Part shown: positions 18,128-26,847 of the stretch, piece by piece
Layout of the letters: each line of letters begins with the position of its first letter
How positions within the stretch are numbered: the stretch's first letter is position 1
NCBI GenBank assembly: GCA_963666125.1
Contig: OY762633.1
Location: 120,107-184,106, forward strand
DNA length: 64,000 nt
From: Dehalococcoidia bacterium
GTDB lineage: Bacteria; Chloroflexota; Dehalococcoidia; Lucifugimonadales; CAJWER01
Reading direction: 5' to 3'
Position numbers and translations under genes: made by a program
The notes under the pieces: generated by a model
Told to the model about the DNA's origin: nothing
Seen by the model: only the letters and a program-made list of their open reading frames with translations
Databases searched by the model: none

Positions 18128-19330
18128 TTGATACGACGATTTCGGGTGCTGCTCTTGGTCGCACTTGCCGCCTCGACGGCAGCGCTTCTGTTGGGCCTGG
18201 AAGGAAGTGTTCTCGCCCAGACTCCTCCGCCGATACCCCACTTCTTCAAGGGGACGGTGCGCGTTGCCGGGGAGGTTCCACCCGACGGGCACACCATCAT
18301 AGCCAGGATCGACACGCGCTACGAGTCGGAGCCCATACAGGTTGTGGGAGGGCAGTTCCAGGGACTGGGAGTGGGTCCGCAGGACCCCAACACGGTGGGC
18401 GCAACGATAACGTTCTACCTGGACGGAGCGGTCCAGGCCGATCAGACGGCGACGTACAGGCCCGGGTTCCGCAGGGGGGCGGACCTGGATGAAACGATCG
18501 CCCTGACCTTCTCCATGCTTCCGGAGCCCACGCCCACGCCCACCCCCGAGCCCACGGCTACGCCTACCATCACGCCTACTCCCCAGGCGGTGAATCCCGC
18601 GGTCTACTCGGGGCCGATCATCATCGCGGGAGGGGTCGTTCCTGAGAATGTGACGCTCATCGCGCGGCTCGGCGCCTATGAGTCGTTCCCCGCAGTGATC
18701 TCGGGAAGCAACTACCTCAACCTGGTAGTAGCTCCCAGCGATCCCACGCTGCTGGGCAAACCGATCACATTCCTGCTCAACGGCCACCCGGCTGAAGAGA
18801 CAGACGTCTACACGAGCGGCAAGATCGATCAGAATTTCCCGCTCGTGTTCGTGGGCCTGCCTCTTCCGACCAGCACGCCCGCGCCGACCGCGACCCCCAC
18901 ACCCACGCCGGTGCCGCCGACGAGCACGCCCACGCCGGTGCCGCCGACGAGCACGCCCACACCGGTGCCGCCGACGAGCACGCCCACGCCGGTACCGCCG
19001 ACCGCGACTCCGGTACCACCGACCGCGACTCCGGTACCACCTACTCCGGTGCCACCGACCGCGACTCCAGTGCCGCCCACGCCGGTGCCGCCGACCACGA
19101 CCCCGGTGCCGCCCACGCCGGTGCCGCCGACCGCGACCCCGGTGCCGCCCACGCCGGCGCCGCCGCCCGCGACTCTGCCGACTGTGCCTGAGATCGTGCC
19201 CGCGCCGGTTACACCCGAAGGGGGGAGCAGCACCGGGGTCATCATCGTCAGCGTGGTCGTGGTGATAGTGCTGTTGGCGGTCGTAGCGGTGGCGGCCTAC
19301 ATGATAGGCATGAGGCGCTCGGGCTTCTAG
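18128..19330 (+). CDS. Secreted/surface protein: signal peptide, two copies of a ~95-aa domain, Pro/Thr stalk, C-terminal TM anchor
   Basis: PHFFKGTV../PAVYSGPI.. repeated domain, PVPPTSTPT repeats, hydrophobic tail followed by RR; TTG start inferred. Confidence 0.75.
   Translation: MIRRFRVLLLVALAASTAALLLGLEGSVLAQTPPPIPHFFKGTVRVAGEVPPDGHTIIARIDTRYESEPIQVVGGQFQGLGVGPQDPNTVGATITFYLDGAVQADQTATYRPGFRRGADLDETIALTFSMLPEPTPTPTPEPTATPTITPTPQAVNPAVYSGPIIIAGGVVPENVTLIARLGAYESFPAVISGSNYLNLVVAPSDPTLLGKPITFLLNGHPAEETDVYTSGKIDQNFPLVFVGLPLPTSTPAPTATPTPTPVPPTSTPTPVPPTSTPTPVPPTSTPTPVPPTATPVPPTATPVPPTPVPPTATPVPPTPVPPTTTPVPPTPVPPTATPVPPTPAPPPATLPTVPEIVPAPVTPEGGSSTGVIIVSVVVVIVLLAVVAVAAYMIGMRRSGF
18870..19175 (+). 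repeat. Coding tandem repeats (27/21/15-bp units; [21 protein letters not shown])
   Basis: CCGGTGCCGCCGACGAGCACGCCCAC(G/A) x3 followed by shorter variants. Confidence 0.85.
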
Positions 19331-19411
19331 ACGCAGCGCAACGACATGACGCCGGCCGATGACCGGAAATGTAGCCATTTCACCCGGCGAGTACGGGCTG
19401 GAGGCCCGTAG

Positions 19412-20635
19412 ATGAGGGTACGGGTAGCCTTGGGGGCGGCGGTCGCGCTCGGCTTGGCGTTCGCCGCTCTCCAGGCTGGGACGTCGCTGGCGCACGACCC
19501 TACGCCCACGCCGGAGCCTACGCCGCCCTACGGGGTGCCGCCGATCCCCATCGTCTACGCGGGAACTGTGCTGGTCGCCGGCAGCACGCCGCCCGACGGC
19601 CTGACCCTCACGGCGCGCATCGAGGCCGGCTACGAAGCGGAGCACGTACCGATAGTGGGCGGCCGGTTCAGAGGGCTGACCATCGGGCTGGATAATTCGA
19701 ACCTGCTGGGCAGCGTCGTCACCTTCTACCTGAACGGGGAGGTGCCATCGAACCAGACCGTCAAGCTCGTGTCCCTGGGCGTGGAGTCCCTACATCTGAC
19801 CTTCCCCCGTTTCCCCACGCCTCCACCCACCCCGACCAGTACCTCTACTCCGGTACCGACGAGTACCCCAACTCCTCGGTCCGCCCTTCCGGCCGCCTAC
19901 TCGGGGCCCATCGTGATTCTTGGAGGCACCGTATCCAAGGACGCGGAGCTCGTCGCCCGGGTCGGGAGCTACGTCTCCATCCCTGCGGTGATTGACGGAA
20001 ACAGCTACCTGAACCTGGTCATAGCCCCTAACGACCCGGACCTCCTGGGAGAGGAGATAACGTTCCTGCTGGACGGCATCGAGGCATCGACTACGGACAC
20101 CTACGAGAGCGGCAAGATCACCCAGAACCACACCCTCGTGTTCGTCGGAGTTCCGACACCCACCCCAACGCCCACGAACACGCCTACGCCCATGCCGACA
20201 AGCACGCCCACGCCCGTGCCGACGAGCACACCCACGCCTGCGCCGACGAGCACACCCACGCTTGTGCCGACCAGCACGCCCACGCCTGCGCCGACGAGCA
20301 CGCCTACGCCCATGCCAACCAGCACGCCCACACCCATGCCAACCAGCACGCCCATCCCCGTGCCCACCAGCACACCCACGCCTGTGCCAACCAGCACGGC
20401 CACGCCCGTGCCAACCAGCACGGCCACGCCCGTGCCGACCAGCACGCCCATACCCGCTCCCACCGTTTCGCCCCCGACGCCAGCTCCTACAGCGACGCCC
20501 CCCAGGGCCGCCGATGAGTCTGGAGGCATCATCTTCGCGGTGGCGGTGGCGGTAGTGGTGGTGTCAGCCCTCGGCGGGATAATCTACTACGTGGCTGCGG
20601 GGCGGCGGAGAGGACCCGGCGAGCCTCCGGCCTAG
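19412..20635 (+). CDS. Paralog of the preceding surface protein
   Basis: Same two-domain layout ([24 protein letters not shown]), PTSTPTPx repeats, TM plus RRR. Confidence 0.78.
   Translation: MRVRVALGAAVALGLAFAALQAGTSLAHDPTPTPEPTPPYGVPPIPIVYAGTVLVAGSTPPDGLTLTARIEAGYEAEHVPIVGGRFRGLTIGLDNSNLLGSVVTFYLNGEVPSNQTVKLVSLGVESLHLTFPRFPTPPPTPTSTSTPVPTSTPTPRSALPAAYSGPIVILGGTVSKDAELVARVGSYVSIPAVIDGNSYLNLVIAPNDPDLLGEEITFLLDGIEASTTDTYESGKITQNHTLVFVGVPTPTPTPTNTPTPMPTSTPTPVPTSTPTPAPTSTPTLVPTSTPTPAPTSTPTPMPTSTPTPMPTSTPIPVPTSTPTPVPTSTATPVPTSTATPVPTSTPIPAPTVSPPTPAPTATPPRAADESGGIIFAVAVAVVVVSALGGIIYYVAAGRRRGPGEPPA
20150..20460 (+). repeat. Coding 24-bp tandem repeat (PTSTPTP[AVM]), about 12 units
   Basis: CCGAC(G/C)AGCAC(G/A)CCCACGCC.. 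repeated. Confidence 0.85.
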
Positions 20636-20671
20636 CCTCTCGTTAGCCTGACCGCTCCGTACCGCCTGGGC

Positions 20672-20677
20672 TATAAT
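20672..20677 (+). promoter_or_regulatory. -10 element TATAAT, possible leaderless transcript
   Basis: Perfect TATAAT 6 nt before ATG 20684, no Shine-Dalgarno in between. Confidence 0.5.
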
Positions 20678-20683
20678 GTCTCC

Positions 20684-21379
20684 ATGGAAGGGATGCTGCG
20701 GCTCGCCGCGATAGGGCTATGCTTACTGGTGGTCGGCGCGTGTTCGACTCCAGAAGCTCGGCCCGAAGTCTCGCCCGAGACCGAGGACACGGCTGTGGCA
20801 GTCTCCTCGACCCCCGAGCCCACAGCCGCACCCGACCCTTCGCCCGAACCGCCGACGCCTGAGCCCACTGCCGAGCCGTCGCCCACTCCGACCGCTTTCA
20901 AAGCCTCGATAGACACGCCCCCTACGCCGGACCGGCAGGTGCGCAAGATCGACCGAGGCAGCGGCAATCCGGCCCCCGACTTCGAGATCGAGCTCATCGA
21001 CGGCGATACCGTCACCCTGTCCGGCTACAGGGGGGAGGTCGTGCTGCTCAATTTCTGGGGCACGTGGTGCCCGCCGTGCCGGGCCGAAATGCCGGCGCTC
21101 CAGCGCGCCTGGGAGGAGTACAAGGACAGGGGAGTGGTGTTCCTCGGCGCGGCGATCTACGACGAGAAGGCCGACGTGGAGAAGTTCGCGGAGGCCTATG
21201 GAATCACCTATCCCCTGGGCATCGACCTGCTCGGCGACCTGACGGTGGACTACAAGGTCACGAGCTTCCCGACGACGTTCCTGATCGACCGCGAGGGGAA
21301 TGAAGTCCGCCGTATCGTCAACCCGGTCAACGAGGGCTTCCTGCGCATCTTCCTGAATGGGATGCTGAAGGATAGCTGA
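20684..21379 (+). CDS. TlpA/ResA-family thiol-disulfide oxidoreductase lipoprotein
   Basis: Lipobox VGAC, Pro/Thr linker, APDFEI, LNFWGTWCPPCRAEMP, FPTTFLIDREG. Confidence 0.92.
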   Translation: MEGMLRLAAIGLCLLVVGACSTPEARPEVSPETEDTAVAVSSTPEPTAAPDPSPEPPTPEPTAEPSPTPTAFKASIDTPPTPDRQVRKIDRGSGNPAPDFEIELIDGDTVTLSGYRGEVVLLNFWGTWCPPCRAEMPALQRAWEEYKDRGVVFLGAAIYDEKADVEKFAEAYGITYPLGIDLLGDLTVDYKVTSFPTTFLIDREGNEVRRIVNPVNEGFLRIFLNGMLKDS

Positions 21380-21396
21380 TAACCTAGGAGCGACAG

Positions 21397-23199
21397 ATGG
21401 CAGAACCGAAGACAGTGAAGCGCGCCGATACGGACGCCGCCGAGCGGCCCCGGGGCACCCGGCCCGTCGTGTCCGGCACCCAGGGCGTCATCTCCAGCGG
21501 CCACGCGCTGACGTCGATGGCGGGGATGCGGATGCTGTTGTCGGGCGGCAACGCATTCGACGCGCTGGCGGCGGCAGTGCTGGCGGCAGCGGTGGTCGAG
21601 CCGATAGCGTCCTATTCGCTCGGCGCGGAGAGCGTGTTCATGCTCTACGACGCGCGGTCGGGCGACCTGAAGTCGCTGAGCGGGCAGGGCACGGCCCCTG
21701 CCGCGGCCACGCCGAACTTCTACCGCTCGCGGGGGCTCGATGCGATACCCACCGGCCCGGGCATGGACGCCCCGCTGGCCTTCACGGTGCCCGGCGTGGT
21801 CCACGCCACCATATCGATGCTGGACAGGTACGGCACGAAGAGCTTTGCGGAGGCGGCGGCCCCGGCCATCGAGTACGCCGAGCGCGGCATACCCCACTAC
21901 CGGTACATGATCGACGCGCTGGGCTCGGCGTCCACCATCCAGCAATTCGAGGCGTTCCCGCCCGGCGGCTCCCAGGTCTTCTACGACGACGGCAGCCTAC
22001 CCCAGGAGGGCTCCCTCCTCGTCCAGCCGGGGCTGGCCAACACCCTGAAAGCGATGGCGGCTGCCGAGGCTGCGTCCCCAGGGGCGCGCTCCGATGGGCT
22101 GAGCGCCGCCAGCGACGAGTTCTACCGCGGTGGCGTGGCACGGATGATAGCCGAGTCCTCGTCGAGGGTAGGGGGCGTCCTCGCCTACGAGGACCTGGGC
22201 GGGTACGAGTCCCAGTTCGAGGAGCCGCTGCGGACTACGTTCGCCGGGTACGAGATATGCTGCCAGAGGACGTGGTCCCAGGCCGCGGTCCTCCTCCAGG
22301 CGCTGAACATGCTCGAACGTTTCGACCTGGAGGCGATGGGCCACAACACCCCTGCCTACGTCCACACCGTCGCCGAGGCCCTGAAGCTGGCGATGGCCGA
22401 CCGGCACGCACTGTACGGCGATCCCGACTACGCGGACGTGCCCGTCGACGGGCTGCTGTCGAAGGAGTACGCCGCCGGGCGCGCCGCCCTGATCGACGGC
22501 GCGCGGGCCGCTCCCGCGATGCCGGAGCCGGGCGACCCGTGGGCCCACTCGACAATGACGGCGCCGGCGAGTCCCGCCGTCGCGCCGACCGCGCCCGTCG
22601 GGGCCGTTCCAGGGGGCGAGGGCGGCACGACCCACGTGTCGGTCATCGACAGGGACGGCAACCTGGCGTGCGCCACGCCCAGCGGAGGCTCGTTCGGCAA
22701 GTCCGTCTTCTTCCCGGAGCTGGGGTTCGCCATCAGCACGCGCATCGAGATGTTCAACCTCACCGAGGGCCATCCCAACGTCGTCGCGCCCGGCAAGCGC
22801 CCGCGCACCACGCTGGTCAACTACATCGCGGTCAGGGACGGCACGCCGGTGATGACGTTCGGCTGTCCGGGCGGCGACCACCAGGCCCAGGGCAACCTGC
22901 AGCTCATGCTGAACACCCTGGTATTCGGCATGAACCCCCAGGAGGCCATTGAGGCGCCTAGGTTCGCCAGCGACAGCGCCCCGGACTCCTTCTATCCCCA
23001 CACCTACTACCCCGGCAGGCTGTCGCTGGAGCCCGGATTCCCGGCGGAGACGGTCGACGCACTGTCGCGCCTGGGCCACGAGGTCGCGAGGGCCGGCGTA
23101 TGCGGCATGGGCGCGACGGTCTCGCGCCGCGACCCCGGCACGGGCGTCCTCAGCACCGGCGCGGATCCAAGACGCGCCTGCTACGCCCTAAGCTGGTAG
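21397..23199 (+). CDS. ggt: Gamma-glutamyltransferase family protein
   Basis: GGNAFDA, TVPG, EALKLAMADR, catalytic TTHVSVID, PGKRPRTTL, GADPRR. Confidence 0.92.
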   Translation: MAEPKTVKRADTDAAERPRGTRPVVSGTQGVISSGHALTSMAGMRMLLSGGNAFDALAAAVLAAAVVEPIASYSLGAESVFMLYDARSGDLKSLSGQGTAPAAATPNFYRSRGLDAIPTGPGMDAPLAFTVPGVVHATISMLDRYGTKSFAEAAAPAIEYAERGIPHYRYMIDALGSASTIQQFEAFPPGGSQVFYDDGSLPQEGSLLVQPGLANTLKAMAAAEAASPGARSDGLSAASDEFYRGGVARMIAESSSRVGGVLAYEDLGGYESQFEEPLRTTFAGYEICCQRTWSQAAVLLQALNMLERFDLEAMGHNTPAYVHTVAEALKLAMADRHALYGDPDYADVPVDGLLSKEYAAGRAALIDGARAAPAMPEPGDPWAHSTMTAPASPAVAPTAPVGAVPGGEGGTTHVSVIDRDGNLACATPSGGSFGKSVFFPELGFAISTRIEMFNLTEGHPNVVAPGKRPRTTLVNYIAVRDGTPVMTFGCPGGDHQAQGNLQLMLNTLVFGMNPQEAIEAPRFASDSAPDSFYPHTYYPGRLSLEPGFPAETVDALSRLGHEVARAGVCGMGATVSRRDPGTGVLSTGADPRRACYALSW

Positions 23200-23254
23200 G
23201 AGTGCGCCTACGCTGGTGTCTCGGTGATTCAGGCGAACGGTCTTGACTAGGTAT

Positions 23255-23292
23255 CGTTCGCCCTGAGCCTGTCGAAGGGCAGTGCTCAGCAA
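23255..23292. repeat. Intergenic repeat family X, copy 3
   Basis: CGTTCGCCCTGAGCCTGTCGAAGGGCAGTGCTCAGCAA; partial inverted arm TCAGGCGAACG at 23229-23239. Confidence 0.75.
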
Positions 23293-23336
23293 GTGCAGGC
23301 TTGGGTTGGCCCCGCAGTCAGACGCAGAGCGACACC

Positions 23337-24305
23337 TCAGTCCCACTCCAGGATGACGGCCAGGGCCTCTTCGGGCTTTTCGAACAGCATATGGTAGGCC
23401 TCCGCCGTCTGCTGCCAGGGCAGGCGGTGGGTCACCATAGGCCCGATCCTGACCCGGCCGTCGACCAGCATCCGGGCCGCGTCCGCCCGGTGAACGGCCC
23501 GGTCGCCCGAGAGCCTCATCCCCGCTATCAGCAGCTTGTCCATGAATATGTTGGAGTCGAGGGGCAGCAGGCCGTCGCCCGCCTCCTTCGCCCCCTGGTA
23601 CTTGGCGATCAGGTGGAGCACGCCGTCTCTCTTCATCATCCGCTGGGCCTGCTCGAACGACTTTAGCCCCGCGTTGCCGCCGACGCACTCGACCACGACG
23701 TCCGCGCCCCTGCCGCCCGTCAGGTCCATCACCGCTTCCACCGAGTCGGTCTCGGACACGTCTATGACCACGTCGGCGCCGCACTCCTCCGAGATGCGGC
23801 AGCGCATCGCCGCCGCGTCCACGGCTATGACCCGGCCGGGGCTGCGCTCCCGGACTGCCTGCATGTAGAGGTTGCCGACTATGCCCTGGCCCAGCACCAC
23901 CACGTCGTCACCGGGCTCGATGGGGGTCGAGCGGGCCCACATGACGGCGCTGGTCGTCAGGCCGATGAACGTCGCCGACTCGTAGTCCAGCTCCGGCGGG
24001 ATATGGCCGTGCTCGCCCACCACGTACTGGGCGTGGGGCCCGCCCACGTTCGACCTGTCGCCGGGCCTGGCGTCCGTCACGCCGGGGCCGACCTCGACCA
24101 CGTCGCCGGTGTCCGAATAGCCCATCATGCGCGGCGGGATGGCCCCGGGCATGACGTAGCGCCGGAAGAGCTCGGAGCCACGGCTGATCAGGCTGCGGCG
24201 GACCTTCAGCAGCACCTCGCCGGGCCCCGGCGAGGGCACCTCCGCCTCCATCATCCGCACGTTCCCCACGCCGTCCAGCTTCTCCAGCCGCAGCATCTTC
24301 GCCAT
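23337..24305 (-). CDS. Medium-chain dehydrogenase/reductase lacking canonical Zn ligands
   Basis: SLISRGSE and MGYSDTG replace CxxD/GHE; VLGQGIVG; GRGADVVVECVG. Confidence 0.85.
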   Translation of the reverse strand: MAKMLRLEKLDGVGNVRMMEAEVPSPGPGEVLLKVRRSLISRGSELFRRYVMPGAIPPRMMGYSDTGDVVEVGPGVTDARPGDRSNVGGPHAQYVVGEHGHIPPELDYESATFIGLTTSAVMWARSTPIEPGDDVVVLGQGIVGNLYMQAVRERSPGRVIAVDAAAMRCRISEECGADVVIDVSETDSVEAVMDLTGGRGADVVVECVGGNAGLKSFEQAQRMMKRDGVLHLIAKYQGAKEAGDGLLPLDSNIFMDKLLIAGMRLSGDRAVHRADAARMLVDGRVRIGPMVTHRLPWQQTAEAYHMLFEKPEEALAVILEWD

Positions 24306-24415
24306 GTCCTTCCTCCTTCCATACTCTCACCGTACCCATATGCACGAGAGATCGTATGCTATCATGTCCGCCGACGGACGAGGCCGACAGACCGGCATCA
24401 CCAGGGAGGCGCACG

Positions 24416-25165
24416 ATGACCACCAGGACCATAGCCGCGCCGCCGGCCGGGCCCGAGCCTTTTGTCGTTCTGCCGGACCCGCCGAGGCTGGATATGCTTG
24501 AATTCCCCCACGTCTCCAGGATCATGTGGATCCTGCAGAGGCGATACGACCACCTGCCGGACGTCGTGATCATGACCCAGGGCTACCTCTGCTTCGACAC
24601 CGGAGGCGACCGCAGCGGGTGGCTTGCGCCCGACTGCCTCGTGTCCTTCGGGGCGTCTATGGAGGTGGCCAAACGGCGGCACGGCTACGTGATAGCCGAG
24701 CAGGGCAAGCCCCCGGACTTCGTCCTGGAGGTGGCGTCGGAGAGCACCGGGAGGCGTGACTACACCGTCAAGCGCGAGGGCTACGCGGCGTTCGGCGTGA
24801 CCGAGTACTTCCGCTTCGACGACACGGGCGGCAGGTACCATGACCGGCCCCTGGCCGGGGACCGCCTGGTGGACGGCGCATACGAGCCTGTACCCGTCAC
24901 CACCGACGACGCCGGAAACCTGCGCTGCTACAGCGAGACCCTCGGCCTCGACCTGTGCTGGGAGGACGGCCGTCTGCGCCTCTGGGACCCCGAGACGGCG
25001 GCCTACCTCAGCGACTACGACGAGGCTCGTCAGGCAGAGAGAGACGCCCGCCTGGCCACCGAGGCCTCCCGCCTCGCCGCCGAGGATGCCCGCCTCGCCG
25101 CCGAGGCCCGCGCGGATGCTGCCGAGGCGGAGCTGCGGAGATTGCTGGAACGCCTGGACCCGTAG
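24416..25165 (+). CDS. Uma2 (DUF820) family PD-(D/E)XK-type endonuclease, copy 1
   Basis: APDCLVSF, PPDFVLEVASESTG..DY..KR..YA..GV.EYFRFD; Ala/Glu/Arg coiled-coil tail; GGGAGG RBS. Confidence 0.88.
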   Translation: MTTRTIAAPPAGPEPFVVLPDPPRLDMLEFPHVSRIMWILQRRYDHLPDVVIMTQGYLCFDTGGDRSGWLAPDCLVSFGASMEVAKRRHGYVIAEQGKPPDFVLEVASESTGRRDYTVKREGYAAFGVTEYFRFDDTGGRYHDRPLAGDRLVDGAYEPVPVTTDDAGNLRCYSETLGLDLCWEDGRLRLWDPETAAYLSDYDEARQAERDARLATEASRLAAEDARLAAEARADAAEAELRRLLERLDP

Positions 25166-25192
25166 ACGTTCACACTTCCCGGGAGGCACACG

Positions 25193-25987
25193 ATGACGAC
25201 CAGGACCATAGCCGCGCAGCCGGCTGCCGGGCCGGAGCCCTTCGTCGTGCTGCCGGACCCGCCGAGGCTGGATATGCTCGAATTCCCCCACGTCTCCCGG
25301 ATCATGTGGATCCTGCAGAGGCGCTACGACCACCTGCCGGACGTCGTGATCATGACCCAGGGATACCTCTGCTTCGACACGGGCGGCGACCGCAGCGGGT
25401 GGCTCGCGCCCGACTGCCTCGTGTCCTTCGGGGCATCCATGGAGGTGGCCCAGCGGCGTCACGGCTACGTGATAGCCGAGCAGGGCAAGCCGCCCGACTT
25501 CGTCCTCGAGGTGGCCTCGGAGAGCACAGGTAGGCGGGACTACACCGTCAAGCGCGAGGGCTACGCCGCGTTCGGCGTGACCGAGTACTTCCGCTTCGAC
25601 GACACGGGCGGCAGGTACCACGACCGGCCCCTGGCCGGGGACCGCCTCGTGGACGGCGCATACGAGCCTGTCCCCGTCACCACCGACGCCTCCGGGAACC
25701 CGCGCTGCTACAGCGAGACCCTCGGCCTCGACCTGTGCTGGGAGGCCGGCCGTCTGCGCCTCTGGGATCCCGATACGGCGGCCTACCTCGACGACTACGA
25801 CGAGGCCCGGCAGGCCGCCCATGCCCAGGCGGATGCTGCCGAGGCCCAGGCGGATGCTGCCAAGGCCGCCCGCCTTGCCGCCGAGGCGGGGCGGGACCGG
25901 GAGAGAGACGCGCGCCTCGCCGCCGAGGCCCGGGCGGACGCCGCCGAGGCCGAGCTACGGAGACTGCGGGAACGCCTGGACCCGTAG
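25193..25987 (+). CDS. Uma2 family endonuclease, copy 2
   Basis: Near-identical to copy 1, longer coiled-coil tail. Confidence 0.88.
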   Translation: MTTRTIAAQPAAGPEPFVVLPDPPRLDMLEFPHVSRIMWILQRRYDHLPDVVIMTQGYLCFDTGGDRSGWLAPDCLVSFGASMEVAQRRHGYVIAEQGKPPDFVLEVASESTGRRDYTVKREGYAAFGVTEYFRFDDTGGRYHDRPLAGDRLVDGAYEPVPVTTDASGNPRCYSETLGLDLCWEAGRLRLWDPDTAAYLDDYDEARQAAHAQADAAEAQADAAKAARLAAEAGRDRERDARLAAEARADAAEAELRRLRERLDP

Positions 25988-26014
25988 ACGTTCACACTTC
26001 CCGGGAGGCACACG

Positions 26015-26743
26015 ATGACGACCAGGACCATAGCCGCGCCGCCGGCCGGGCCCGAGCCTTTTGTCGTCCTGCCGGACCCGCCGAGGCTGGATATGCTTGA
26101 ATTCCCCCACGTCTCCCGGATCATGTGGATCCTGCAGAGGCGATACGACCACCTGCCGGACGTCGTGATCATGACCCAGGGCTACCTCTGCTTCGACACC
26201 GGAGGCGACCGCAGCGGGTGGCTTGCGCCCGACTGCCTCGTGTCCTTCGGCGCGTCCATGGAGGTGGCCAAATGGCGGCACGGCTACGTGATAGCCGAGC
26301 AGGGCAAGCCCCCGGACTTCGTCCTGGAGGTGGCGTCGGAGAGCACCGGGAGGCGTGACTACACCGTCAAGCGCGAGGGCTACGCGGCGTTCGGCGTGAC
26401 CGAGTACTTCCGCTTCGACGACACGGGCGGCAGGTACCACGACCGGCCCCTGGCCGGCGACCGCCTGGTGGACGGCGTATACGAGCCTGTCCCCGTCACC
26501 ACCGACGCGGCCGGGAACCTGCGCTGCTACAGCGAGACCCTCGGCCTCGACCTGTGCTGGGAGGACGGCCGTCTGCGCTTCTGGGACCCCGGGACGGGGG
26601 CCTACCTTGAAGACTACGACGAGGCCCGGCAGGCTGCCCATGCCCGCGTAGATGAGGCCGAGGCCTCCCGCCTCGCCGCCGAGGCCCGCGCAGATGCCGC
26701 CGAGGCCGAGCTACGGAGACTGCGGGAACGCCTGGACCCGTAG
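26015..26743 (+). CDS. Uma2 family endonuclease, copy 3
   Basis: Near-identical to copy 1, shortest tail. Confidence 0.88.
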   Translation: MTTRTIAAPPAGPEPFVVLPDPPRLDMLEFPHVSRIMWILQRRYDHLPDVVIMTQGYLCFDTGGDRSGWLAPDCLVSFGASMEVAKWRHGYVIAEQGKPPDFVLEVASESTGRRDYTVKREGYAAFGVTEYFRFDDTGGRYHDRPLAGDRLVDGVYEPVPVTTDAAGNLRCYSETLGLDLCWEDGRLRFWDPGTGAYLEDYDEARQAAHARVDEAEASRLAAEARADAAEAELRRLRERLDP

Positions 26744-26847
26744 CTGCTCACACCTTCAGGGCCGCACGATGACCGCGTCTTGAAATCGCTCCAACTCAAG
26801 CCCAGCCGGCGGACTGCAGAGCGCACCGTGCCAGCTTCATGGATTGC

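Noticed and set aside
24416..26743. Uma2 repeats as a CRISPR array or DGR template/variable repeat
   Set aside because: Units are whole ~750-820 bp genes, differences are not adenine-specific, and no cas or reverse transcriptase gene is in the window
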